NCBI RefSeq assembly: GCF_000143415.4
Contig: NW_003314340.1
Span: 424,684-488,683 of the forward strand
Length of the DNA stretch: 64,000 nt
DNA from: Selaginella moellendorffii
Lineage: Eukaryota; Plantae; Lycopodiophyta
Direction of reading: 5' to 3'
The notes below the pieces were generated by a model. The model saw only the letters and a program-made list of their open reading frames with translations, did not search any database and was not told where the DNA came from. Made by a program: the position numbers and the translations under genes. Positions 12,048 to 24,482 of the stretch are shown here, in pieces (position 1 is the first letter of the stretch; the number at the start of each line of letters is the position of its first letter).

Positions 12048-12934
12048 GGCTTGAGCAGCCGCGCGTCGCCCGCCTCGACCTCTTCCTTGCACCCCCTGCC
12101 CTGGATTGGATAGAGTAAAAAAGGAAGAAAGAGCGAATTTTAGATAGATTCCTTCTTCTTCCAAGACGAGATTTTGGCCAACCTTGTGAAGCATTCTTCC
12201 AATCCAAGCGATTGCATTGACGAGGAATGGATTGCGCGCGGCGCTGCTAGAGCTCGTCCTCCATGAATCATAGAGGAAGAAAGGTTTGCTAGAAGATAGA
12301 AGAAGATAGAAGAAGCGAGGTAATGTTCTTGGGAGTATGTGGTAAAAATTGCAAAGCTTTGGTACTAGCACGCGCGATAAATGCCGGCTCCAAAGCTTGG
12401 TTTTCACAACACACCACGACGAAAACACGATATGCCCAAGTCTGGTATCCGCTGGCTACTTCCCACCAAATCTCCTTCAAGGCCAATCTTTCTCCTTCCT
12501 CCACGGAAAACTTTTCCTCCTCTCATTTTTTCTTGCTTGGACTCTCACGGGGGTTCGAATCTCACTTCCATACCGCTTAGCTTAGTTCGTTGCCACATCC
12601 TTTTCCTTGCCAAGCGATGGAGATTTCGCGAAACTCTCGTCGCTTTGATCGTCGCTTTTCTCTTACGTTGATCCACACAGAGATTGCTCGAGGAAAGCTG
12701 CCGCGCAGCGAATCTCTGCCGACATCTCACCAAACACACACGATGGACGAGAAAGTGAGACAAAAAAAGAACCAAAGAAAGCGTACGAAGCACAGACAAT
12801 CGAACCAACCTGGTTTTAAGGCATTCGTACGAAAGAATGGAGAACTTAGCTACGTGCCTGGAACTATATCTCTAGCTCTAGCTCGGTGGAATGCAAATGA
12901 ATGAAGGAGAGCCCAAGTACCTTGCTCCGAGAGC

Positions 12935-14254
12935 TCACACCTTGGTGGCTGGGAGGATTTCCTCCGGCTGCTGGATCTGCTGTGTGGACGACGAGGAGAC
13001 TTTGTGGCTCACGTATCCATAGAACGTACATCCCAGCAGCGTTATCGTGCAGCCGATCCCGTTCATGACAGAGATTGGATTCCGGAACACAAACCACGAC
13101 ACCGCAATTGCCACCGCAACCTGCAAAGATAGTAGTAGAAATGGAGAGGTTAGAACGCAGCTCGAGACAGCTGACGAGCCAACGACCGGAGCTTTCTCTC
13201 TTTCTTTTTGAATTGAAATGTCTATAGCATACCTTTAAGTTGCCGGCGACATTGAATGTTAAAGCTGTCGTGGACTGGATCACGTAGAAAATAGAGAAGT
13301 TGAGACAAAAGGCCACAACGCCAGAGCCGACGAGGACGAGAAGCGGCATGCCGAGAGACTCCTGCTCCTGGATCCATCTTAGAACGCCGCCGCCTTCTAC
13401 GAACGGTGCCACCAGACAAAGAACTGCTGCGGCGTTTGGAGCCATGTAGTAGACAGTGTTGATGCTGTGCAAAACCAAAACAGAGAAAAGAAGGCATCAG
13501 CTACAAACTTAAAACTCCGACGACGTTTCAACAATACCTGTCGAAGTTGAAGCCGTGTAGAAGCCTTTCTGCTAGGATTGTCTTCGTGGACGTAACCAGG
13601 CAGCCGAAGAAGGCAGCGAAGAAGCCAATTGTGTTGAAGCTAAGCTCCGTGAGCGAGGCCAGTAATATGCCACCCACAACAGGCAGCAGCGAGAGCCAGA
13701 CTTTTCGATCGAACACCTTCCCCCAGACCAGCCACTGCAAGATCACTAATCCAAGTCCAGGTACAAGTAAACAAACGGAAAAAAAAAACCAGAAAACTTA
13801 CGAGTTGTGGCTGGAGTGAGGGACTTGACCGTCTGCATGAAGGAAACCGGGATGTATTTCAGGCTCACATTACCCAGCACGATGTTGAGACAAAAGACAA
13901 GTGACATAGGGAGTATCCTCTGAGCGCGATCTACAGAATTTACATGGATCAGAGGTTTCAATCTCAACAAGCTTATACTGATGAAGGCTCCTACTGAAGA
14001 AACAACCAGGTGAATGATTGTTACTGTTAGAGGGAACTTAAACTCGAGAATCTGTCAAGCGGCATGCAAAGTCAGTGGAAGTACACTTTTTTTCTTGTCT
14101 CTCGTATTTGTTCTTGACTCTCTCTGTGTCTATCTCTTTCACAAGCCAAACTTACCTGAAAGATCCACTTATTTGAGACCACCGTCATAACGTTGAAACA
14201 CCACCACAGAAGTATAGCACCAACACCCATGCTCAAGCTCCTCTTGCCTTCCAT
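12935..14254 (-). CDS. Nucleotide-sugar transporter (UDP-galactose transporter 1 / GONST5-like, TPT family)
   Basis: ILLWWCFNVMTVVSNKWIFQ, NIVLGNVSLKYIPVSFMQTVKS, TALTFNVAGNLKV; several short introns. Confidence 0.92.
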
Positions 14255-14911
14255 CTTGGAGCTCCTAGTCCCTCCTTTATCCTGCACAGCAAGAGCAAAG
14301 GCATTAGAAAACCACTTCCTTCTCTCCAAACTTTTCTTTTGCTACACTTCTGACGGAGCCCATCTTTCCAATTCAGAGAAACGCTTCACAGATCTGCACC
14401 TGGAGCGAGCCAGCCGTTTTGCTCATCTCTCCTTGCGATAGCCCAAGCGAGCAACACTTTGCTCCACACAGCCGAAACAAGAAATGGTATACCTAGAAAA
14501 AGGAAAGGAAGAAAATGTTTGTACCTTGAAGCGGGACCGAAATGCTGGAAGGATCGACCTTCCCGATCTTCCTGTAAGCTTGAAAAGTGAGTGATACAAG
14601 GAAGAAGCGAGAGAGAAGTAAAGAGAAAAGGTCTCGTACAACAATAGGAAATACATGACAACCCACCAGAAGCTTACATCACTTTTATAGTCACACTCTC
14701 TTGCTTACTCGCTAAGGAGCAATGAACAGCTTTTTAGCTCGCTCACAGTTCGTTCTTTATTCTCGCTGCTAGTACCTATGGAGAAAAATATAAAAACCCG
14801 TTATCATCATCTAAAGCCGAGAGAAGAATAGCAGACTACCACCACCATCGCATTGGCGCTTCTCCGCTTCTTTGCGCAGCGTGTGCGAATGCCAGCCTTC
14901 GCTTCGGTCAC

Positions 14912-16563
14912 TCACAGCTTGTGATAGTTCTTCTCGATTTTCTCAATCTGTACCAGGCGCTTCAAAAATTGCTGAACCTGCGAGCCCGCCAAGCTCAGCT
15001 TTTGAGAACCTTCCTTCCTCGGAAGTTGGATGTGATAGATCAACGTACCTCAGATGTGTCCCGTAACGAGTAAGTCGCTCCTGTTGTTTTTGGAACGTTG
15101 GAAACTAGGATCCCGTAGCCATTAAACTTGTTATTTAGTATCTGCACATGCGCTGGAGTTTTAGACTGGAAAACCATGAGCTTGTACTTACCTCAAACGC
15201 ATCTTCGTCCGTTCGATCATCCCCAATATAGACCGGCAGAACATCTCGGCTGTCGCCTAGGCCTTCAACCAAAGAAGTTTAAAGATCGCACCTTCAACAA
15301 AAAAATAGCAAACACTTACCAAGAGCTTCTAGAAGATATTCGACTGCTTTTCCTTTGTCCCATTTTATGGATGGACGGATTTCGAGTACCTAAAAGTTTG
15401 AAACCAAGTCACGCAATGTCTAAAACAAAAAAGATAGACAAAATCACACGCGGCACAAACCTTTCGGCCGTGCGTTATGGATAATTCAGGATATCTCTTC
15501 AAAACGCTCTGAACTTCCTGAGCTAGAAATTGCCAATCCTGTAACGGCTTCCGGTTGTAGACAAAAGAAAAAGACAAGACAACTCCCACCTGTTCTCTGA
15601 CTTGGCGGAAATGTACGCTAAGACAAAACTTGTTGTCCTCAACGCGGGCTCCCTCAATGAAACTCATCTGCCTTTCCAAAATGTCGAAAACCTCCCTCAT
15701 TGTGGTAAGAAATCTACTGGCCGGCTGAAAGAAAACCACGTCTTCTCCCTGCACAGTTTTACGTGAAAATACTGGCACACGGAAAAATATCAAACCTCTT
15801 GATTTTTTGTCAGTGTTCCAGAAACAGTGACACCATGAGAACCTTTGGCAGGTCCCATAATATCCATCCCGTGGCTGCCTGCGTAGTAAAGTTCTGGCAG
15901 CTGAACAAATTCATACACCTGTAACATCAAAATCAGAAGATTAGGAGTTGCAAATATATATATGATTCACCTTCTCTCTGGATCTTCCAGTAATTATCGA
16001 TGTCGGGTACAGCTTAGCCACGCTCTTCACTGCCGATCGCATCTGAAACCGAAGAATTACTTCACAACCAGGAAGCAAAACACATGTATTTTATTTTACC
16101 TCCGTTGACATGAATGCCCGCGCAGGATCTTCAACAATGGGTGACAAAGTTCCATCGTAATCGAGGAACAACGCAAGTTGCCTTCCTTTCAGAGCATCGA
16201 CAATTTCTTCGAATGAGTCCAAAGCCGATGGATGTTCCACCTGCGCAATCAGATTCGAAGTAGTACCTTGCAAATCATAAACAGAACAGAGCACTCAGCA
16301 CTCACGACCCAGTCCAAGTAGTCAGGATTTCCAGGAAGTCGATGCCCCTCCTTAAGCGCGTCTATGTGAGCCTCTTCCTTAGAACGTGGAGGCGAGCTAG
16401 CTCTCATGACAGTAAGGCAGCCGTTGACAGAATCGCTTTGCACAGAAGTTTTCTTCCAGGCTGCAGAAAAATGAGCAAACAAAGGGCCCGATGGAGGTGA
16501 ACATTTCGATGGGAAAGTTGCAGCTTCTGTGAAGAGAATTGCCTGCTCGGAACTCAAAGGCAT
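14912..16563 (-). CDS. TPP: Trehalose-6-phosphate phosphatase
   Basis: [34 protein letters not shown] and [10 protein letters not shown]; about 11 coding exons. Confidence 0.95.
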
Positions 16564-18102
16564 GGCTGCAAGCGGCAGTCAAGCTGTACGAAGGATCCCC
16601 TGCGACCTTAGATACTTCGTGCAGCTTGTTTCCTAGGAGGAAGAACAGAGAACTGGTTCAAAACCAAAGCAATTTATCGCCACCACACAGCAACAAACAA
16701 GACTTGTCGAAATAATGGACTACAATGTAGGAGCGAAAGCTACACTGCCAAAGTGGACCAGTAGACAGGCAACAGCGCAACTAGGAAAAAAACCGAAGAT
16801 AATAAAATTTACCTCCTGCTTGAGATACGACGATCCTTTAATACTGTACTATCTTTGATACGTAACTATAGCTTAAAAGTCTGAAGTATGATCCAAACAA
16901 AATTGCACTTCCGAATCTGCGATGACAACATGAGCTCCCCGTAAGCAACAACAATAATGCACGCTACGAATCACTTAAAAACTCCCAGACGCAGACGCGG
17001 GAGCTAGAACAAAAGAAAAGAAAGAAAAAGAGTTGCCACAGTTCCATAACTCACATAAAAACAGGACCAAGTCGACGTAGCGTATATATGCCAAGAAATC
17101 CACACACACAGACAGTAAAAATTTAGGGATCCCATCACACAGGGAGGGAAATGCAGCTGGCTCTCACCAGAAATTCAAGCAGCCAGCCAAACTCTGGAAA
17201 AGCGAGAGACGAAAAGAAAGAACGCCCATCCTAGTCGAGGACAATGACAATGAATGCCGACCAGACCTGACCTGACCTCACCCCGCCTTGCCTGCTCTGG
17301 CCCGCGCGTCCAACAAATCCTGGAAATATCAGCCTGGCGCCAGGATCAAGTCACGCAATTCGAGCAATTCGTGGCCAGATCGACGAAATCTTTCACGAAG
17401 GACGAAGAACCCTAGAAATCCTCGCCCGAGGGAGGCGGAGGCGGAGGACTCCGAGAATGCCAAAGAGAAGAAAGAGGGGGAAAACCAAACGAAATACTAT
17501 ATTTATAAGCAAAGGGAATTGAAGCACGTGGCACAACGTGAGTCGTTAATCCGTTGGCGGCCGATGGCCTCCATTCCCTCTCACACTCGTGCGCGCTTTA
17601 CACTGTTGGATTAAGACAAATCCGACGGCTGGCCGATGCACTTTTGCCAGTTAGGCGGATATTCTGTCTCCAAGTGGCACCTTTTAAACCTTGCGTCGGG
17701 CATATTATATATAGCCACGTGGGCCCAAGCGCAATATTCTTTACAGATTATTAGAAAGAACGCGAGTGGAGTTGGCACAATGTGAATGGGCCAGATAATC
17801 AATAGAAAATTCCTAATTATTGGCGGGAATAGAAGCATCGCATTGTAGAAGAATCATAGCGATTTTAATAATCCAAAGAATCAGGTAAAGGACCAAAGAA
17901 AAAAACAGTGAAGATTCTTGGGATATCTTGACCTTCCGTGTCGTTTGGTATTTCGTACGGGGAGGCTACCTTTAAACTTGTTAAGTCAAAATGTTTAATA
18001 GAAGTGGTATAATAGAATATTCCCTTCATTGTATTTTCGTGAGAACTTGGCTAGGGTTTAAGCGCGTCGCCTAGGTCGCGGAGGAAGGGATGAGCTGATC
18101 CA

Positions 18103-20814
18103 ATGCGTCTCCAGGTAACGATAGCGCGCTTTGTGTAAGCTCGATTTGCTCTCGCGCAGGGATTTCTTTCCGAGATGATCGTCTCAGGCCGGGCTTCTCA
18201 TCGAATCTCTAAAAGAAGCCTCTACGCTGGATTATGGAAGTCCTTCGCTCGCATCAATGAGGTATTTTGATAGGTTTGAAACTTACATTGCCTTGCGATC
18301 GTTTCTCTTTTCTCTCTTTTCTAGAACGAGTCGCGAAGGTGTTTCTCGAGTCCTGCAAAGGCTCCAACACCGGATGAGGCCGGGCAGCAAAAATCCGAGG
18401 CTACGAATAAAGCTACTCCCGCTGGATCGCCGAAAGTCCAGCCAGCAGCTGGAGCGCCGCCAAAGACCTCGAATCCACAACAGGCTGTGCAAAAGCCTCC
18501 AGTAAAGCCCGCTCAAGTTCCAGTCGCCGGCGCAGCAAAGCCTATCGTTTCTGCTTTCAAACCTCAGGTAGCTCAAGCTGCTGGATCTGCTAGCCAGAAA
18601 CCACAAGCTCCACCTTCCACCGTCCACAAAACTCAAGCTTCTCCTCCTCCACCAGGTCAGAAAGCTCAGGTTTCTCCAGGTGGTGGTGTGAAGACGGTGC
18701 CTCCTCCAGTGACCAGAACTGTTCCTCCAGCCGGACAGAAAGTATCTCAAGCAACTTCTAGCGTGAGTCAGAAACCAAGTACGTGGAAGGTGTTAATGGC
18801 CTCCGGGGCTGTCGGAAGCGTGGTGCTGGGATTGTTCTACTGGCAGTTCCCCAGAATTCACGACGGATCGACAGATGCTGGAGATAAAGGGAAGGATGCC
18901 GGTGATGCTGGCTTTCTTCCTGATCAGCAGAACGCGGATGAGAAGTCAGCTGCGGAGGTTGGGAGTTCCGTGGCAACTGATTCTGGTGATACAGAGAAGA
19001 AAGAAGAAGAAGCTGTTGTGAACGTCGTGGTGGAGCCTGATAGCATCACAGTGGAAACTGTGCCGGTGGAGTCATTAGCTTCTGATCACGCTGAAAAGGA
19101 CGAAACCGAGACTGGGAAAAGTAATGAGGTAGTAGAAGTTATCGAGGCAGAGGTCCCCTCGGAAGAAATCGTCGTGGAGATCGAACCAGATTCGCATGAA
19201 GATGTTTCTATTATCGTCAGCAAATCGGAGGATGAAGAAGCTCAGATAACTGTATCTGACGATAATCTGGTATACTTTCTTTCCATTTCTACCTCGTTTG
19301 TTTCTAATCTTTCTGCATATAGGTAGTGAAAATAAGAGAAGGAAATGCAGATATCTCAGAACCTGTTTTGATTCAGCGCGGCCACGAAGATCTTGTTCAA
19401 AGGCACGACAAGGGAAACCTGGTGGCATCTGATGACAGTGCTACCCCGAAAAGCACTGGATTGGATGTTGTCGCTGCCATTCATGCAGCCGAACAAAGGC
19501 AAGCAGAGATTGATGCAATGGTTTTCAAGGAACAGCTACAATTTCTTCAGGTTTTAGTTCTTTTGGAAGCGTGTTGATGCCTGAATGTTTGTTCAGGAGA
19601 AGTTCCAACATGAGTTGACAGATGCAGAACGGAAGGCCTCGTCGTACCAAGAACAGATCAGACGCCTTCGGGAGGTACGTGGTTCTTGAACAATTTCCAA
19701 TGGATGGATGAAATATCGTTTATATTTATTATAGGGCATGGAGAACCAGAAGCTCACTCATGTCAGCCATCTGAAGAAGCAACAAGAGGAAGCTGAGTCT
19801 AGATTTCAAGAAAAAATGAAACTAAAGGTGATGATTTTGTTCTTGTATGGGTAGTCATCCATATTTTTTCAGGACGAAGAAACTCAACGGCAGTTGGAGG
19901 AAGCTGAGCTTCGTGCGAAGGCGGAATCGGCTGCTGCAATAATAGAAGAACGGACATCCTTTTTGAACGACATTGGTAGTGTTAAAGTGCATGTCCGTAA
20001 GAAAGTGTTGTAACTTTATTCTTTCTTGGCTGCTGAAACACGTCTTTTGTAGATGGAGGCTATGAACGCTGCCTTGGAAGCGAAATCGGAAGAAGCCCGT
20101 GAGGGCCACGAGATAAAGCAGCTTTCTTTGGTAATGTCCACAGCTTTCTTGGACGTGATCACTTACATTATCATTGTCAGGGGGCTTTCGCTTTGGAGGA
20201 CGCCTTGCAAAACGGAGCACCCATTGAGAAAGAGGTCACGTCACTTCTAAAATCGGCCGGTGGCGACCCGCTGGTGGAAGTTGCAGTGATGACACTGCCA
20301 AAAGAGGTATTGGAAGTGGGAACCTTGACCCCCGCAGAGCTGGACAGAAAGGTAATATTCTTTTTTCTCTTTTCCTTTGGGATAAGTCTTATACCTTGCA
20401 GCTGAAAGACATGGAGGGAGCATTGAGGGAACTTGCGTTGATGCCCCCCACTGGCGGGGGAGTCTTGTGCCACTTAATCGCTCGTCTCGCTTCGGCCCTC
20501 AAGGTTGCATCTATGAGATCAAACCACTGCTATTGTGACTTACAAGCTCGTGTACGCAGTTGCCTGATCACGCTTTGTATCTCGACTCTGGAGTGGACGC
20601 CGTCCTCGCTCGAGTCCAGGCCTTCGTGGCGAGCGGCAAGCTTCTCGACGCAGCCGAGGTCCTGTCGCTGGGCTTGTCTGGAACAAACGCCGATAAGCTT
20701 GCCGGGGAATGGGCCACTCAGGCCCGAAACAGAGCCGTCGCGGAACAGGCCTGCGCACTGCTGAGAGCTCACGCAGCGGCACTGGCACTGAGTGAGAGCG
20801 AGCAAGCAAGCTAG
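18103..20814 (+). CDS. MIC60: MICOS complex subunit MIC60 (mitofilin)
   Basis: N-terminal TM segment and coiled coil; mitofilin domain LEDALQNGAP..GGDPLV, RELALMPPTGGG..ALK, AVLARV..WATQARNRAVAEQ. Start exon inferred. Confidence 0.85.
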
Positions 20815-20864
20815 AGGTATAAACAACTCTTTTCTATATCAAAAAACATCGAAACGCGATTTTT

Positions 20865-21116
20865 TCAGATAGAAGACGCCATTGTGTGCTTCCTCTTTAG
20901 AGGCACAGGCAAGCGATTGACAAAGAAGATGAGATAGGTGACGAGGAGCAAGAGAAGTAGAGCAGCGATGAGAGCCAGCGAGATTCTATTCCTCTTGACG
21001 GCTTTTCCATAATGCTTTGGCCTTGGCGGCGGCTGTGCTGCATCCGAGGAAGAAGGGAAAACGATGCGAACTTCGTCTGACGATGCGCTCTTGTTCACTA
21101 AACACCACTCGTCCAT
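20865..21116 (-). CDS. Putative small single-pass membrane protein
   Basis: 83-aa ATG ORF with basic residues followed by the hydrophobic segment ISLALIAALLLLLLVTYLIFFV; no family recognised. Confidence 0.35.
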   Translation of the reverse strand: MDEWCLVNKSASSDEVRIVFPSSSDAAQPPPRPKHYGKAVKRNRISLALIAALLLLLLVTYLIFFVNRLPVPLKRKHTMASSI

Positions 21117-21239
21117 GGCTGCCCTAATAAAGCCGCTCGCCACCTTTTTTATACGGCCAACAAATAGCCATTGTCATATATGGAAAGCATTCCGGCCACC
21201 TTTAATAAGAATATCTTTAAGATAATGCCCAATGATGGC

Positions 21240-21560
21240 ATCAAGCTTAAAAGCTGCCTCTGCAAGCCTCGTTTCAATCTCATTTGGCTAGGGTATACAT
21301 TTCTTTTCTCTGCAACATCAATGGCACAATCCAAGCTGTTTCTTGCGCTTTTGGTAATGGCAACGAGTTTGTTGTGGTAGAGAATTCCATTTGCCCGATA
21401 TACATTGGACCAAGTGAATTATGTGTTCTTGGCTGCTTCTACACTTTCTACATTTGCTTTGCTACACTAGGCACTGTTCGGGGCTCAGTTTCTTCATGTT
21501 ACTGTTAAGCATGTCCCATCAAAGCTAGAAGCCACCTGACATGTGTGTGATATATTGAAT
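21240..21560 (+). repeat. Diverged direct repeat, copy 1 (AT-shifted)
   Basis: ggcactgttcggggctcagtttcttcatgttactgttaa and its flanks align with 23910-24255. Confidence 0.75.
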
Positions 21561-22299
21561 AATTAGTGTTCCATTTCATAAGAATCCATATTCCAATATA
21601 ACAAGAAGAAGAAATAAGGCACACGAAAAAAGCTATATATATTGTTTGCATGGTTTTGCAAAGCATGAAATTGGAAAGATATTTCTTGGATGATTGTTAT
21701 TACAATGCCCACACTGTTGTCTTCATCTTTTGCACCATCCTCATCCTCAAGAAAAAACTCATGAAAGCTTTATATTAACAAGGCCTCACCAAGCTCAAAA
21801 AAAGTCAAATGGAAAGTCAATAAGTCAAATAAAGTATTCAAAGACTGTTTGGCTACTAATTTTGATCTATAAGTTTTATATTTAGATTTAGTTTGACTAA
21901 GAAGCATTTTTATACAGCCAACAAATAGCTATTTTCATATTCATATAATTTTATTTCACTGTGCCACTTTTAAAATATTCTTTAGTGACTCAATTGATGA
22001 TAGTGTTCATGGTGTGTGGTGTAACTCTTTTGTTCTTGTTGTTAATATTTGTGTTTGGCTAGATTTCTTTTGTGAGAATCTCAGAGATAGTATGTGCCAT
22101 TGGATTGATCACTTTATAGTGATTGCCATCTATCATTTTTGAAATGATATGTAAAATTTGTGAGAGTTTACAAAGGATAGTGTTGCAGTATAATTTGAGC
22201 ATAATCATTTGCTTGGATTGGAGTTTTCTTCTAGATGTTTTCAAGCATGCATTTCAACATATTGATTAATATGACAATGCATTTTAACAATTACATTAT

Positions 22300-23650
22300 T
22301 TTTGTTAAGGGCTCTTTAAGTCATGGTATTTGCTTTTGGAGGCTCTTACTTTGTACAAAATTAAATATATTGGAATGGATTAAGTAGGACTCTTTATTTA
22401 TGTATTTTTTATGAAAGTTTGCAAGTTAATTCTAATAAACTTGTGGTTATTTTGACATCCCATATTCCAAAGTGTGTGAATAATATGCAACACAAAGTGC
22501 AATATTTCAATTGTCTTATTGATCATCTTTTTTATCATACTACACCATTACGAGTATTGTTGAAGTTATTAACACTATTTTTCATTTGGTCTCAAGATGT
22601 AAGCAAACATTTGTGAATTTCAAAGAATTATTAATGACTCCTTTAGTTTTAACGTATCATAACTAAACTTAATCTTTCATTTTGCACATAGATGTTTTTG
22701 ATATTAGTTTTAAGGGTATATTGATGCAAGAGACTATAAGTGTACTTGTTCAGTATCATCTTGTTGTATATCAATCATTATTATAATAAGTAAAGATGAA
22801 CCACTCTATAACATAGAAGGAATGTTTAACAATAGTTTAGGGTTTTGATGTAAATTTGCATGATTATACTGTTATTATTTCATTATTGAAGTGAAAGAAC
22901 TTAATTAGTTGTATTATTTGGTGAGCTCTGAAGCTAAAGATATATAATTTTGAGATTGTTCATCACCTAGAGAGTTTTATAATTATTATTAATGCCCTTT
23001 CTTGAATTCCTTTTCCTTCTTCTTTCTCTTCTCATGTTCTTAATAAATCTATTGTTTCAGTATTACTGAATTTTCTAAACAAGGATTTTATGTTGATGGT
23101 ACTTAATATTCAGTATCCACAAAGTGCAAAGCAAATTTTACTTTATTTTGATGAGGTTTATGAAGCTTATAAAGTCAAGCCATGGACTTGAAGGTTTTAT
23201 AATTGATTTAAAAATTTTGCATCATTTTCTAATAATTTATCATTTTGGCATTTACATTCTTTTAAGGATGACCCTTATTTTTTAAAGATTAATTTAAATA
23301 ATTATTTATGATTGGTGGTGCCTTCAATCTTTATTCCACACTTTCTTCACATTTACTATGACTCTCTAATTCTAGGCAAGCACATGGGATATTGTTGTGT
23401 GACCAAGAAGCTACATAAGTTTTTCTATTGGCAAAAAATATGGCATATTATCCAATATAATTGCATTTTGTGCAAATGTTATAATACTTCCCTTGTGCTG
23501 TAGAAGAACAGTTTGAGTTAATTGCAATTTCTCATTTGTTTGGGTTTGTGGCATTTAATCTTATATAGCCTTTTCCATGGTTGATTGTTAACAATGAATA
23601 TATCATTATTACCTTTATCATGGATTATTTAAATTAAGGGATGATTTATG
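22300..23650 (+). mobile_element. Degenerate Ty3/gypsy retrotransposon remnant (RT thumb, RNase H, integrase Zn finger)
   Basis: LQVNSNKLVVILTSHIPK resembles the RT thumb. LHIYYDSLILGKHMG..TKKL..FYW..CILC resembles the integrase HHCC and is homologous to 56750-56900. AT-rich, many stops. Confidence 0.75.
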
Positions 23651-23909
23651 TAAAGCACTATTATGTACTTAAAAGGAAAATGGAAGTTTTGTAAATGAAG
23701 AACCATCACTATTATTTACTGTGAATTGTTGATATCAGTGGACCTTTTAACCACCGAAAGTAAATGTTTAGAATATCAGCTTACAAGTTTCTGTCGTCCT
23801 TCTAACTCTTGTGCTTCTGGGACCATCTCCATAAAAACAAATTCATGTGTGTATCGGCAACAAAAAGCAGCCAGCCAGCTGGCTGAAATCAACGTTTCTG
23901 TCGTTGCTG

Positions 23910-24255
23910 CAAGCTTCGAGCATAAAAGCCTACGCAATCCTCTGCTCAATCTCGCTGGGCTCGCATATATATTTCTTATTTGCACAATTCTACACTTGTT
24001 GCTGCTGCTGGAAGTTGCGTTGAGGAGCGCAGCGCGCTTGTTGGAGCTGGCTGCGATGGATGCCACTGTACCGAATGCGTTTGCCCGGTAGGAGTTTGGA
24101 CCAGGATGCACTCCCGCGTGCCACTGCACTTCTTGCGTTTGCCCTGCCTCGCCGCTAGCTCAGGAACTGCTCGGGGCTCAGTTTCTTCGTGTTTCCGTTA
24201 AACATGCCTAATCTCTCATAGCTCATGGGAGAAGCCGCCTGATGTGTGTGTACTT
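23910..24255 (+). repeat. Diverged direct repeat, copy 2
   Basis: ggaactgctcggggctcagtttcttcgtgtttccgttaa; homologous to 21240-21560. Confidence 0.75.
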
Positions 24256-24482
24256 GTATCGAATATAATATGTTGCCACTGCATCGAATAATATGTGTTG
24301 CCATTTCATAGAAGAAGAGAAAGAACTCCAAACAATTCAGTGAAGGCCCCACAATGCAATAGAGTGAACATATATTGTCTGTTATTTTTAACTCTTGGAA
24401 ATCCCAAAACAAAACATTACAACAAAAAAGCCTATCAAAGTCTCTCGCGAGCTATACATCTCAATACACCTCATGTACACTT

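Noticed and set aside
12545-12570. B-box-like GGTTCGAATC
   Set aside because: No A-box or cloverleaf nearby.
16564-17480. Conserved peptide uORF in the TPP leader
   Set aside because: The leader is long and apparently spliced, but no ATG-initiated peptide resembling the angiosperm TPP CPuORF could be identified.
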